From Eutreptiella sp. 'Long Island Sound 2002' (Eukaryota; Protista; Euglenida), in the NCBI GenBank assembly GCA_964036045.1, contig OZ038379.1, positions 3,286,001 through 3,350,000 on the forward strand: a DNA stretch of 64,000 bases, given 5' to 3'. The translations under genes and the position numbers were made by a program. Shown piece by piece: positions 62,252 through 64,000 of this stretch (its first letter is position 1; every line of letters begins with the position of its first letter). A model generated the notes under the pieces. It was given only the letters and a program-made list of their open reading frames with translations. It was not told where the DNA came from and ran no database searches.

Positions 62252-62723
62252 GATAGTGGCAGGGGCAAAGGCCGATTAAAGTCCTTGACGCTGTGCGACG
62301 GGTGAAGCGCGGGGGTTATGGGTCAGGGACTGGCTGCGCCGCCCCGCCCCCGCCCCCCGCCCACCCCTGGTGTCGCGGCGCGACGGAAGGACTGGGCGCC
62401 AAGGGTCAGGTGTCCGCCCCCTCTGCCCTCCCATGGCCCCGTCGCAGGCTCCCCGAGCGCCCTGTGGGTGCCGGCGCGGCGCCCAACCCCTGCGAGCCCC
62501 CCCCCCCCCCCCTCATCATCGTCGCTGCCCCTCCCCTTGGGGAGGGGGGGAGGACACGCATAGGCCCCCCATCCCAAATAGCGTGCGCTGCTATGGGAAC
62601 AACCAACAAGCCAATTGCCCTTCTGATCTGAACAGTTTGAAAATTTGTTGTACCTCTGCACTGCTAAGTGGTGTGTATGGCAGTGAGCTAAACACTGGTG
62701 TTTTGGGTGTGTGTGTGTGTGTG

Positions 62724-62801
<78 letters not shown>

Positions 62802-63080
62802 ATAGTGTCAGGGGCAAAGGCCGATTAAAGTCCAGGCCGATTAAAGTCCTGGACGTTGTGCGACGGGTTAAGCGAGGGGGTTATGGGTCAGGGACTGGCT
62901 GCGCCGCCCCCACCCTTGGTGGCGCGGTGCAACGGAAGGACTGGGCACCCAGGGTCAAGTGTCCACCCCCTCTGCCCTCCCATGGCCCCGTCGCGGGCTC
63001 CCCGAGCGCCCTGTGGGCCGGTGCCGCGCCTGACCCCTGCGAGCCCCCCCACCATCATCGTCATCGCCGTCCCTCCCCTT
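62100..63080. repeat. Tandem duplication of a ~490-bp unit containing a (GT)n of different length in each copy; third fragment at ~63805-63850
   Basis: tatgggaacaaccaacaagccaattgcccttctga begins at 62102 and 62592; downstream sequence is colinear. Confidence 0.92.
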
Positions 63081-64000
63081 GGGGGGGGGATGGGATGGGA
63101 TGGGAGTGTGTCCAACACCTGCCAGACACGTCGCTAGGCCGACCCTATGTGTCCGCGGCTTGTGCCGCAAGCTGCCGCGCGCTGGACTCGGAGCCACGCA
63201 AACCACCACTGACCCAGTCCGAGACCGGCGGGTGAAGTTTCCATACCCACACTCCTTGGGGACCCTGGTCGGCGTCACGTCCGGGGCTTCCGGCCCACAC
63301 TCACGCACACACACACACACCATGTCATTTCATGGTCCTGACCGGGGGGCATGGCGTGCCCCACGCAAAGCAGTCAGTGGAGTATCCACGCTCGCCCGCA
63401 AGCAGTGGCAGTCACTGCAGGTCCCACACCGTGCCGCGGCGGCTGAGGCACACAGGCGGCGGTGCACAATCCGAGACATGATGCACGAGGTCAAGGCTGA
63501 ACCACTAGACCACAGGACCACTAGACCACACCCTATCTCTCCATACCATTTCTTTCGGACACATGCGGACTTGCCCAGGCGGGGGTATAAGCCGCCACAG
63601 AATAAATGAATGAATGAACTAGACCACAGGACCAGGTCTGCAGGTATTGAGACTGGTGAGGTTTGCCAGAGGACATCACACTCACCGCGGCTCCAGGTGT
63701 GTAGCACTTGGTATGGTAGTGGTAGTGCTGCCCCATCCGGATCGCACCTTCCCCAGGGGAGGCATCCGCTAAGCGGTTCCTGGTGGTGGAGGCCCCCTTG
63801 GGGGGGGGGGGGGCACGCACAGGCCCCCCATCCCAAATAGCGTGCGCTGCCGCACACCTCCCGCCCCTGGCACCAATCGAGGGTGCCCCTCGTGGTGCCG
63901 GGAGCAGCAATGCCGCACACCCCGGTGCCCCCTGCATGACTTGCACGCGGGGGCCCTGTGCGCGTCGCACAGGGTCTGCATGGGGCGTTGCTGCCCTACC

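Noticed and set aside
63340-63609. Plus-strand peptide with HEVKAEP (SUMO-like) motif
   Set aside because: An isolated short motif with no domain or convincing exon structure.

Overview
Repeat-rich eukaryotic nuclear DNA with GC-rich exons and multi-kb introns full of satellites, MITEs and SINE-like elements. A euglenid-like protist is my tentative inference, not verified. The ORF track is mostly noise; genes emerge only after splicing, and all junctions I built are GT-AG. Four coding units were reconstructed by hand. (1) 626-23877 (-): a partial modular, cysteine-rich extracellular protein of seven symmetric phase 1-1 exons, with two internally duplicated modules and a Thr/Pro stalk. (2) ~40064-40397 (+): exons resembling the N-terminal suppressor domain of an IP3/ryanodine-type receptor. 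(3) 40898-43028 (-): a two-exon RING1 + RING2(Rcat) RBR-like E3 ligase lacking an obvious IBR, with a duplicated N-terminal unit rich in VKxE motifs. (4) 46309-61497 (-): a gene of at least eight exons (~1000 aa) encoding a winged-helix-like domain, a Pro-rich/acidic linker, a complete SF2 DExH helicase of the poxvirus/NCLDV NPH-I (D11)/D6 type, and a coiled coil. The most interesting signal is this intron-bearing, virus-type helicase sitting co-directionally next to an IBR-less RBR ligase and antisense to an apparently unfinished IP3R gene. It may be a domesticated viral module or cargo of a large mobile element. No rRNA, intact tRNA or CRISPR array was seen.
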